NCBI RefSeq assembly: GCF_044704955.1
Contig: NC_091997.1
Span: 42,222,001 to 42,286,000 of the forward strand
From: Pristiophorus japonicus
Lineage: Eukaryota
Reading direction: 5' to 3'
DNA: 64,000 bases
A program made the translations under genes and the position numbers. The notes under the pieces were generated by a model, which was not told where the DNA came from, did not search any database, and saw only the letters and a list, made by a program, of their open reading frames with translations. Positions 1 through 9,812 of this stretch are shown piece by piece; position 1 is the first letter of the stretch; each line of letters begins with the position of its first letter.

Positions 1-172
1 AGTTTCCGATGTAAAACGGATCCGTATTTTAGGATCTTAACAAATATATAAAATATAATTTTATTAATTGCGATTGTAAGTCCCGGGACCTGAGGAATAC
101 CCTGTATTTAATATCGAAGACTATTTCTTGTACCCTCGTTGATGAGAGGCAACGCCACGTTTTAATTAAGCA

Positions 173-182
173 GAAAGTGAAA
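173..182 (+). promoter_or_regulatory. IRF-binding element (GAAAGTGAAA) upstream of IFN-A1
   Basis: Matches the IRF-E consensus GAAANNGAAA about 270 nt upstream of the ATG; conserved in A2. Confidence 0.65.
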
Positions 183-443
183 GGTTTCAAATGAAGAAGT
201 CACTTTGGAAAGGTTTCCCTGAAAACCAACTGCGGTTAGAACCAAAATCGATCAATTTTTTTGTAACGTCAAAGGAATATCCTGGTGTGCACCTTAAAAT
301 GGACACACCTCGCCCAGAAGGAATATGCCTTTTAATCCAACAGTGAAGCAGAGCAGCTCGTGCAGATATTGTTGTCGGAGCTGAACCCCGATACAGCCGG
401 TTTGTGAGATTCCAGATCGCTGCTTTTCCCGGTGCTGGTGAAC

Positions 444-1963
444 ATGCTTTTTCCGAGTGTCGGGAGACTCTGGATTTTGTTAGCCTTGTTGCCCGGGACC
501 CTGAGCCAGGACTGCCAGAGGCTGCGGTTACTTGAAGAGATTAATAATGAGGCTCTCCACGTCCTGCGTGAAATGGTGAGTTTATCGGTGATCCGGCGAT
601 TTGAGTGACCAATCTTAACCACTCGTTTCTCGGGATAATTTCCTGTCGGGGAAATTCTGAGATTGAATCGTTATTATTACAAACTGCATCAACCGATATG
701 GAATATTTCATTGGCGGAATTCACATTGACGTATTAAAATAACGGCGAAATTGTGCAGAAACCGTTTAATATTTTGTATAAAGAGTGATTGATTCGTTTA
801 GACGGTTAGTTAAATATACGAGAGCTAAAATCTTTAAACAAATTGTTTAATGACAACGAATGATTGCAGCGGTTTTCAGGGAAACATTTCTGAGAGTAAG
901 TAGCGATTGTGAAGCATGTGCCCGGAGCCGGTTCTGACAGTCACTCTCTCCTGTTGCAGGGAAAGCCCTTTCCACTCCAGTGTCTATCAGAAAGGGCATC
1001 ACTGAGCAACAATTCCCTGAACATACACCAGCTCAGCAACAGGGTACAGGTGAGTGCACATTGTACATTGGGTAATCATTCCGCTAATGTGGCCAGGAGC
1101 AATCACCGTGTGGGAAATATATTCACATTAACAAAATAAAACGAACGTGAATCATTTTTAAAGTGAGCGCGTTACTTTAATCATTTTAATAAGGCTAAAA
1201 ATTTAATGTTCGGCAACACTCTGCGGAATGGTTTGTCTACTTGAACGAATGAGTTAGTCTGCTAAGAAAAATGGGATAACTAACCCACAGCGGAATATGG
1301 TAGGAACCAATTAGTTGTTAACATAGTAATATGACCAACAACAATCTCCATGCTCTGGTTTTAAATACAGACACTTTAAATATTTGCATCGACAGATGAC
1401 CATTCAATTAAGATATAGCTGAGCTGCGGTGATTGGCTGTGAATTTTGACCTATCACGAGCTGGATAAATGGGAACAGATCCCCTCTGATGACATTGTGT
1501 GTGTTTTGCACAGAGCCAGGACAGGATCCAGATTGTCCATCAAACACTGCGTCACCTCACTAAGATCTACAGCATGAACCTGGGTTCGGTCACATGGTCC
1601 CGGGACAAAGTGGAAACCTTCCGTCTGCTCCTGGATGGGCAGGTCGGGGAGCTGGAAGAATGTGTCCGGAAACCGGGCTCAGACTCCAGGCCGAGGAGAT
1701 TCTCCTCCATTAACAAATACTTTAAGAAACTGAGAATGTTTCTCGAACAGAAGGTGCGACAATTGATATTTGACTGTGTGATTACTGACATGTACCTCAT
1801 TTCCCACCATTTAAATCTGTTTATTCTCTCATGGATTTTCCTGAATATTTCTCTTTTTCAGACATTCAGTGACTGCGCCTGGGAAATAGTCCGCGTTGAG
1901 ACCAGGGCCCGTTTACAACAGATTCGTACCATAATGGGGAACATTAGAAGAGATTTTCCATAG
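444..1963 (+). CDS. IFN1: Type I interferon, subtype A copy 1; intact, 187 aa; exons 444-575, 960-1049, 1514-1753, 1862-1963
   Basis: ATG at 444 starts signal peptide MLFPSVGRLWILLALLPGTLSQD|C. All introns are GT..AG, phase 0. Four Cys (DCQRL, LQCLSE, EECVR, SDCAWE), YFKKL helix and the type I IFN CAWEIVRVE motif; stop TAG at 1961-1963. The symbol is family-level only. Confidence 0.93.
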
Positions 1964-2510
1964 ACATGTTTAGTAGAGACTGATATTGGTGATTATGTAT
2001 TTAGAAATGCTTGAATTGTATCTTAAGTGTTGCTCTGTTGTTCAACCAACCACACAATGCAGCAAAAAAGACTAGAGGAACCGAAAGCTTTCCCAATGAT
2101 ATATTTAATAGAGACTGAGAACATTGATTTACTTTTTACATTGTTTCGTCAAAGGAAAAAATATTTATTATAACATTATTCATGGCAAAATACACGAATT
2201 GAAAATATTTATTTTGTTTTGAAGATACTTGGTGCACGACAGAAATGCTCATTGTGTATGTATCTGTCGATATATATATATATAAAGCACATACCGTTGT
2301 ATAAGTTGATAAGCCATGTTTATTCAAATAGTTTCGTACGAAATTACAGTTAAACCATAAACATTTTGTACGTTGATCACTTTTATGAAGTGGCTCTAAC
2401 TTTACAACAGTGTTTGTATCTTTGGTCTGTTTATGTGCGGTGAAATGGCAGACAAATAGAAGTTGACATTTAATACAGAAATGTGGAAAACTATAAAATT
2501 CCCTCCCGAA

Positions 2511-2660
2511 AACTCTCTCTCTATTTCTCTCTCCTCTCTCTCTTTGACCCCTGTCGTAATATCTCCTTTGTCCAATTTTGTTTGGTAACACTTCCGTGAA
2601 GCGCCTTGCGACGTTTGACGAGGTGAAAGGTGCTATATAATACAAGTTATTGTTGTGACG
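2511..2660 (+). mobile_element. L2-type LINE/SINE 3' end fragment
   Basis: gtgaagcgccttgcgacgttt...aaaggtgctatataatacaagttattgttg is a typical L2 tail. The segment 2511-2918 is absent from the A2 flank. Confidence 0.55.
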
Positions 2661-4009
2661 TATTTTCGGAGGAAGAATGAGAGGAAACATAATCAAAATA
2701 GCACAATTTGAAAGGGGATGCAGGAACAGAGGGCTGGATTTTGCAGGGGTCAGTGGGCACGATCGGTGGTGGGTCGGATGGGAAAGTGTTTTTCCCCAAC
2801 AGGTCGAGAGCCCTCTGTGATCCACCATCCATGCGCCTTTACCAAATCATAATCATTAGTGGCTTGTTTACAGTCACTTATCAATGTTTTTTTTTCGTCA
2901 TTTCTGCTCCCCAGGTGTCAACACTTTAACTCGTCTCATGTCTTCCTAATTTATTGACATTTATAGTTGTGATCTCTTCATATAATTAAAAATTGCAGTT
3001 TAATAAAATGCGTAAAATGAAAATCAAAAGACGTGTTAATTTATTGGTATTGATTAAGAGTTGGGAATAGACAATGTTTTTCTAAACTGGAAACATTTTA
3101 TACTAGATGAAAACATGTTCGTGTAAATAAAATGTTTTCAATATTACACTTTTACTGGAGTAATATTTATTCCTCATTTGTGTCTGTCAGTTTTCCACAC
3201 TGACTATAAATTCTCTGGATTGCCACACCTGCTGCCTGTTACTGGGACACCCTCTCCGCTCTATGCTCCTCTCTCCAATGCCCGCTTGTTCCTCATCAGT
3301 CAAAACTCTGAATCATTTTTGAACCCAACTTTAGGCCCAATTTTCCATCTCCGAGACAGTACCACTGTTTTACTTTTCTGCTATCCAACTGAGTATTCTC
3401 ACTCCACACCATTGTCTCCAGTGCAAGATTGTGAAGACACAAAACAACACACTCATGGACAAAGGCTGCAACCATATCATAACAGCTGACTTATCAAAAT
3501 AGAATTACAAATGTTGAGCAATTTTCAATAGTAAAAGCTGGGAAAAAAACGTAATCAGAACTTGTGAGATTTGTGGCTTAAAGATTAGTTATTCTACCGT
3601 GATCTTTTATATGGTAGCTTACATGGGCCAGTGAACCGACACTGTTGCTGTATTTGCAAATCCTACCCCTTAATCTTTCCACGACCCATTCACCAACCTA
3701 CCACGCGCTCACACCCAACAACAGCCCGACATCGTTACCATTACTTTTTCTGAGCCAGTGGCCAGTTTGCGACCGTCAAGTTCACATGGGCAAGACCTAT
3801 TGTAAATGTTAGTATTGGACTTTACAATGGGAGAAAGTTAGGTCAAATAGTGTGACACAAACGTGACATCAGGAAGTCAGTCTGTGCAGAAGGCAATGTG
3901 CAAGGCTCTAAGATTATTATTTATTATAGATTAATGTGTTGTTACAATTACTTACTATTTCCCTTTATGTTTCCCACCAGTATTTACCATATACTGTAAT
4001 AGAATCATT

Positions 4010-4520
4010 GAATCATAGAACGATGCAGCAGACAATGAGGCCGTGCGGCCCATCATGTCTGTAACGGATCTTTGAAACAGCTATCCAATTAATCTCCTCC
4101 CCCTGCTCCTTCCCCAGGGTCCAGCAAATTCCCCCTTCAAGTATTTCTCCTATTCCCTTTTGATCATTATTATTGACTCTGCTTCCGCCATCCTTTCAGG
4201 CCGTGCATTCCAGATCAGATCAAGAATAAATGTCTGATCCTCACATCTCTGGATAAGACCATAAAACATAGGAGCAGGAGGAGGCCATCCGGACCCCGAG
4301 CCTGCTCCACCATTCAACAAGCTCAGAGCTGATCTTCTCCCTCAACCCCACTGTCCAGCCCTATCCCCGGCGCCCTTAATTCCCTTCGTGTCCAACAATA
4401 TAGGAAGATAAGAACTAGAAGCAGGAGTAGGAGAAACAGGAGCAGGAGTAATTATCTTAAATCTGTGCAGTCCGGATACTGACCCTTCTGCCACAGGAAG
4501 CAGCTTCTCCTTATTTACCG
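4010..4520 (-). mobile_element. Stacked degenerate CR1 3'-end fragments
   Basis: CR1 tail motifs (atcatagaa; cataaaacataggagcaggaggaggccat) on the minus strand. Confidence 0.55.
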
Positions 4521-4910
4521 AGAAAAACTATTTTCCCCCAAGCTCCCTAATTTGACTTTCGCATCAGTTCTATATTTTTAAAAATCATTCTTACAACATT
4601 CTTCAGCATAGATTATAATTATAGGCATAATTTGCAATGTTACTTTTATCTGAACTCTCCCTCTCACCTTCGCCCCCCAGCCTCGGATGTTCAATGAAAT
4701 ATGCCCAAACTAAAAGATTTGATGAAAAGATTCTCACCAGCACACGATCTCTGTAAGTTGCTGCAATCTAATTGTTTAACTGAGGCGTCAATAACTGGCT
4801 GCCGCTGTCTGCACCTAGAGCTCCTGGGATCTCAGTCCCAGAGCCAGTCGGCGGGAGTTTTTGTTCGCGATAACAGCTGAGAGTGATTCTGTGACATTCC
4901 CTGTGTAACC

Positions 4911-5043
4911 GGGGAAATCCCGGATATCCCAAACATTTCCCAGCTCCCCCTCCCCCTCTCCGTGTGAGCCGGTCTGTTTACACACAATCTTCACTTTCGG
5001 AAATGACAAAACTCGTCACTTTCACTGAGACACTTTCGCTTTC
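4911..5043. promoter_or_regulatory. Distal NF-kB + IRF cluster upstream of IFN-B1
   Basis: GGGGAAATCCC at 4911-4921; TCACTTTC at 4991 and 5016; CACTTTCGCTTTC at 5031-5043 (GAAAGCGAAAGTG on the minus strand). Confidence 0.65.
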
Positions 5044-5617
5044 GGTGAAATTGACACAAGGCTCATTTCCAGAGAGAAACTGACACGGACACTTTCCCGG
5101 GAGAGAGACAAGAAAGAAACGGCGAAAGAAAAGGCATCGGGATCATGTTCGGACTCAGAGTCGAAGCGGATTCAATATTCTTTAAAACAAAATCTCAAAA
5201 TGACTCCAAGAAAAAGCAAAGAAATGAGAAATAACTTCGACTTAAAGACCAGAGTCTCGGACAGGGGACTCCGGGCGAGGACAGCGGGCATCAAGCGGTG
5301 CCCTGGGCTGTGAGCCGGGCTCTCTGCGATGTTCAAGCCGCGAAGTGTGAACAGTCCCAGCGCGATGTGAGCACACCGGGGAGAGAGTGGATTTAAAATG
5401 GAGCAGCTGTCTCTGGAGCCGAATGTCAGCATTAAAATCCGCGGCCTCGAGATTCCCGCTGTCCGTGTCACTGTAATCCGGATTATAAAATACAGCCCCC
5501 AACATATGTCCACACTCCCCCAATACAGAGCCTCCCTCTGCACAACCTTAGTGCCCCGGGGGCCCGAATCTACACAACACGGAGCTGAAGCCGAGCGCTG
5601 GGTGGGATCTTCTGTGT

Positions 5618-5740
5618 GGGATTTTCCAGTCGCTGCTTCAGGAATCTCCAGGTTTTGGATTCCTCACCTCAGACAAAAACCGCACAAACTATTGCTCTCC
5701 TGCCGCTCTTCCAAAACTCCTGCAGCCCGATTTCACTTTT
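5618..5740. promoter_or_regulatory. Proximal NF-kB (GGGATTTTCC 5618-5627) and IRF-E (TTTCACTTTT 5731-5740) sites of IFN-B1
   Basis: Consensus matches in a GC/CpG-rich region before the ATG; both retained in B2. Confidence 0.55.
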
Positions 5741-5971
5741 GGAATGTAATGCCACCCATTGAAGCCGGCAGCATGGCAGTGTCCGCTCCCAGCAGTGTCC
5801 AGCCGCACTCCCACATAACTCGGCAACACAGGCGGCCGCTCCCGGATCACAAGCCGCTGCATTTCTACTTCCAGACTTTCATTCGGTGACAAGAACCGTT
5901 TTCGGAGCTGAGCCCGGATCCGCTCGGCTTCTGATCCTTCAAATCGGTACTTTACCCTGGGTCGGTTGAGT

Positions 5972-8900
5972 ATGGCTTTGTCGAGTGTTTGGAGATGTTG
6001 CGTTGTGTTGGTCTTGTTGCTCGGGACCCTGAGTTTGGGCTGTGAGAGGCTGCAGTTACAGCAAATTCTAAACACACACACACTGAGCAAACTGAATGAA
6101 ATGGTGAGTTTAACCTGCATCCCGAGCCGGATCCGATGCACACAGGGGCTGTTTGTTGTGAAAAGTCAGATATGGGGAGATAGTTTGGAGTTTTATAACT
6201 GTATCAAATTAACAGTCACTGACGCTCCAGTATTGCTGTGTCTCGGGTTGTCAGTAACGGCGATTATCTTCTGTCTCAGGGCGGTCGCATCCCCCGACAG
6301 TGTGTAAGAGAGAGACTCTCGCTGAAAACCAAGCCCTTGAATCTGGTGAAACTTTCGGAGGGATTGCCGGTGAGTGTTGTTTTATTTTATTCAAACTCGA
6401 ATTTTATCGAAAGTATGAGTAAGTTCAACATCCGGGCCAGAAGTTTAATCAGGAAATTAAAATCCAATGTTTGCCGCCCATTGATGTGGAAGGAGAACTA
6501 TCTCACTCTCCAACTATGTCACTCTCTCTAACTATCTAATTCGTTAACTCGCTCATGTACTTTCACTGTCATTCTCTCAAATTATCTCATTCACTCAAAC
6601 TATCTCACTCACTCTAGCTATCAAACTCCCTCTAACTATCCCAATCTCGCTATCGCACTCACAATCTCACTCCATTTATTTATCTTATTCCATCCAATCA
6701 TCTCACGCCCTCTATTCACTTAACCCAGTATAATCTGCTTGCTCCCATAACAAACTGCTTCCCAGTCACTGTCTCACTTCCTCTTATCATTTCACCACCT
6801 CCATCTCACTCACTGTAACCATCTCACGCCTTCATTTCACGCCCTCTGATTATCTGATTCACTGAAATCTTCTCAACATCTCTAATCATCTTGTACCTTG
6901 TGTCTATCTTAATCCCTGTAACCATCTGCCTCCCTCTAACCTTCTCACTCCGGAGCTATGGTGATAATTGTGAGGTTTGCCCGATTCCGGGCTGGTTAAA
7001 TCATAGAGTCATGTAATGATACCGCACAGAGGGCAGTCATTATGCCCATCGTGCCTATGTGACCTCATTGCAACAGCTTTCCAATTAATCCCACTAACCT
7101 GCCCACTCCTCAGAGACGTATACATATTTCCCCTTCAACTATTAAATCATAGAAGCATATAAATATCCAGCACAATAGGAGGCCATGCGGCCCATCGTTC
7201 CTTTGCCAGTTCTTTGAAAGAGCTATACAATTTATCCCATACCCCTGCTGTTTCCCAATAACCCTGCACAGTTTTCCGATTGAATTATTTATCCAAATTC
7301 GTTTTGAAAATTATTGAATGTGCTTCCACCAACCTTTCAGACAATTTATTGCAGATCTAACAAATCGCTGTGTAAAGGAACTATCCGTCATCACACCTCC
7401 AATTCTTTTGCCAATTACCAACTGTGCCCTCTTGTTGCTGATTCTTCTACCACTAGAAACAGTTCTCTTTATTTAGCCTATCACTCATCATCATCGGTGG
7501 TCCCTCGAACGAGGATGACTTGCTTCCACATGGGTTCACAGATGTTTCAATGAAGAACCCGATGTTCCAGTCCTGAACTCCAATTGAAGGGGTGGAAGAG
7601 GCCTGTGCGTGGATTTTTTTAACGTGTGATGACCGTTGCACATCAGCCACCACACGGGCTTGACATAGCCTTTATCCAGTGGCAAGGGTTAACCAGGACG
7701 ACTGAAGATGTGCTTTGCTGCACGGACCTAGTGTGCACACATATCGCAGTGTGGGCTGGCCAGTGCTGCCCCTGGGCTTCGGCTTTTCTGGGACCTGTAC
7801 CCTCATTTGCCGCACCTCCGCCATGATCTCTCACTGCTCCTCTGCCACGATCTCTCGCCGCTCCTCTGCCAAAAACATTAACTGCACTTCCGCTACGATC
7901 TCAGCATTCCTCCGCCATGATCTCTCGCCATTCCTCCGCCACAAACATTCGCTGCACCTCCGCCACGATCTCTCACTGTTCCATCATCATGATCTCTCAC
8001 AACTTCTCTGCTACAAACACATTCGCAGCACCTCCACCACAATCTCTCACCGTTCATCCACCCCTACCTTCCCGCTCCTCCACTGTACCTTGGCCCCACC
8101 GATGTTCCTGCCCACCATATCACTATTCTACCATCATCAACTCTCTCCTTTACTGCATCAAAGAACTCAATGACGTTAATCAAACATGATTTGCATTTAA
8201 CGAATCCCTTCTACCTGTCATTTATTAAAACCCATTTTCTCAAATTGAGAATTAATTGTGTATTGATTTATTGTCTCGAATACATATCCGATCCCCCAGT
8301 GTTAAACTGACTGGCCTGTATTTGCTGGCATTTTGTAGTCTCGTTTTAAACCCTATAGCTTTAATCGTCCAGGGAGAAGTAGATTTGCAGCCCCTTCCTT
8401 TCGCCTCGAAGGATTGTGCCTAGAGTGCATCCAAACTATGCTCACCATGAAGGCCTCCCATTGCTGATTCAAAGATTTACCTGCAAATATTTGATTAAAA
8501 TCCGCATGGGTCAGAACCTCTTTCTGGGTTCTGAAATTAGCCCTCCTCCAGTTTAATATTTTCACCTGTCATTGTTGCTGGTCCTTTCCCATAAATACTC
8601 TAAACCTAAATGGGAACAAATCCCCTCTAATGACATTCTATTTTGCACAGAGCCAGGACAGGATCCAGATTGTCCATCAAACACTGCGTCACCTCACCAA
8701 GATCTACAGCATGAACCTGGGCTCAGTCGCATGGCCCCGGGACAAGGTGGAAACCTTCCGTCTTCTCCTGAATGGGCAGCTCGGGGAACTGGAAGAATGT
8801 GTCCGGAAACCGGGTTCAGTCTCCAGGCCAAGGAGAAACGCCTCCATTCACAAATACTTTAAGAAACTGAGAAAGTTTCTCAAACAGAAGGTGGGACAAT

Positions 8901-9109
8901 TGATATTTGACTGTGTGATTACTGACATGTAGCTCATTTCACCCCATTTAAATCTGTTCATTCTGCAATGGATTTTCATGAATATTTCTCTTTTGCAGAG
9001 ATTCAGTTACTGCGCCTGGGAAATAATCCGGGCTGAAACGAGGGCCCGTTTACAGCAGATCCTTTTCATCACGGCAAAAATCAGAAGAGAAATTCAAGAT
9101 TTTCCATAG
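5972..9109 (+). CDS. IFN1: Type I interferon, subtype B copy 1; intact, 190 aa; exons 5972-6103, 6280-6369, 8651-8890, 8999-9109
   Basis: Exon translations MALSSVWRCCVVLVLLLGTLSLG|CERLQ...NEM / GGRIPRQCVRE...GLP / SQDRIQ...KFLKQK / RFSYCAWEIIRAE...QDFP*. Canonical splice sites; exon sizes 132/90/240/111; no lesions. The symbol is family-level only. Confidence 0.93.
6500..6950. repeat. Degenerate pyrimidine-rich low-complexity repeat in IFN-B intron 2
   Basis: Repeated ctctctaactatctcact-like units; copies at about 39280-39730 and 43460-43930. Confidence 0.6.
7486..8117 (-). mobile_element. Bipartite RTE-derived non-autonomous element (SINE-like) in IFN-B1 intron 2
   Basis: (TCA)n tail at the left end; RTE 3' end fused to RTE 5' UTR/ORF-start sequence. 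TSD TATCACT at 7479-7485 and 8118-8124; empty site in B3 at 44457-44463. Confidence 0.8.
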
Positions 9110-9629
9110 ACGTGTTTAATTATGACAACCATAATTATTTATCTTAAAATTATTGAACTTTATAAAATAGTTACATTCCAAAGACATGTTTAGTACAGAC
9201 TGGGAATGATTAATATTTATTTAAATTATCTTCTATTTATAAAAGAATCATTATATTTTTAAAGACATTATATTGCATTGCAGCTAAGTGACTGATGTAG
9301 AACAAGGAATATCTTGATCTTGTTCAATATTTAATAATTTATTTTAATTTATTGATATTTATTACTGAGTATATTTTCCTGTGACGAAATGTTAAATGTT
9401 TCACTGGGGCGAGTCTGAGGAAAATGCTGTACCTGTTCCGTCCTTTATGGACTGGCAGCTGCTACAATGAAAAGTTTCATCTCAGGTTTGCTCTGTTGGG
9501 CACCTTATTCCGCTTGCTGGTTTTCCAGTGTCAGCTCTGTGAACTGGCCCACCCAGATCATACTATTGTTATTCCTCATCTCACCTGAACTGAGTCAGTT
9601 TTATTGTCCTGATATCTTCATACAATAAA
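9110..9629 (+). promoter_or_regulatory. IFN-B1 3' UTR with AU-rich elements and a polyA signal
   Basis: Multiple ATTTA pentamers, including overlapping TATTTATTTAA near 9214 and a cluster at about 9328-9362; AATAAA at 9624-9629. Typical of cytokine mRNA instability elements. Confidence 0.65.
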
Positions 9630-9812
9630 ATGTTACCGTTTTTACACAAAAAGCTATTTCTTTCTCGTGCCTGTAAATGCATTTGGTTTTGCTATTTTTA
9701 ATATAAACACTTTTGATTCTCTCGCACACTCAAATGCTCAAGCTCACAATCTACTGATTCCATCATTCAGCATCATTAGTTTGTCCCTTCTGTACCTCAA
9801 TATCTCTGATTG

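Noticed and set aside
332-622. Antisense ORF over IFN-A exon 1 (also 33527-33907)
   Set aside because: Reverse-frame shadow of the IFN exon; lengths differ between copies.
444-1963. Alternative assignment as IFN-lambda or an IL-10 family cytokine
   Set aside because: The CAWE motif, the Cys at mature position 1 and the 4-Cys pattern fit type I IFN.
2136-2828. 230-aa minus-strand ORF behind IFN-A1
   Set aside because: Crosses microsatellites and an L2 tail, and is not preserved in the A2 flank.
5398-5889. 163-aa ORF upstream of IFN-B1
   Set aside because: Frameshifted into pieces in the B2 paralog, lies in the GC-rich promoter, and has no protein motifs.
5689-6141. 150-aa antisense ORF over IFN-B1 exon 1, echoed at 38424-38918
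   Set aside because: Shadow frame of GC-rich promoter and exon DNA; its conservation is explained by the recent duplication; no recognisable domain.
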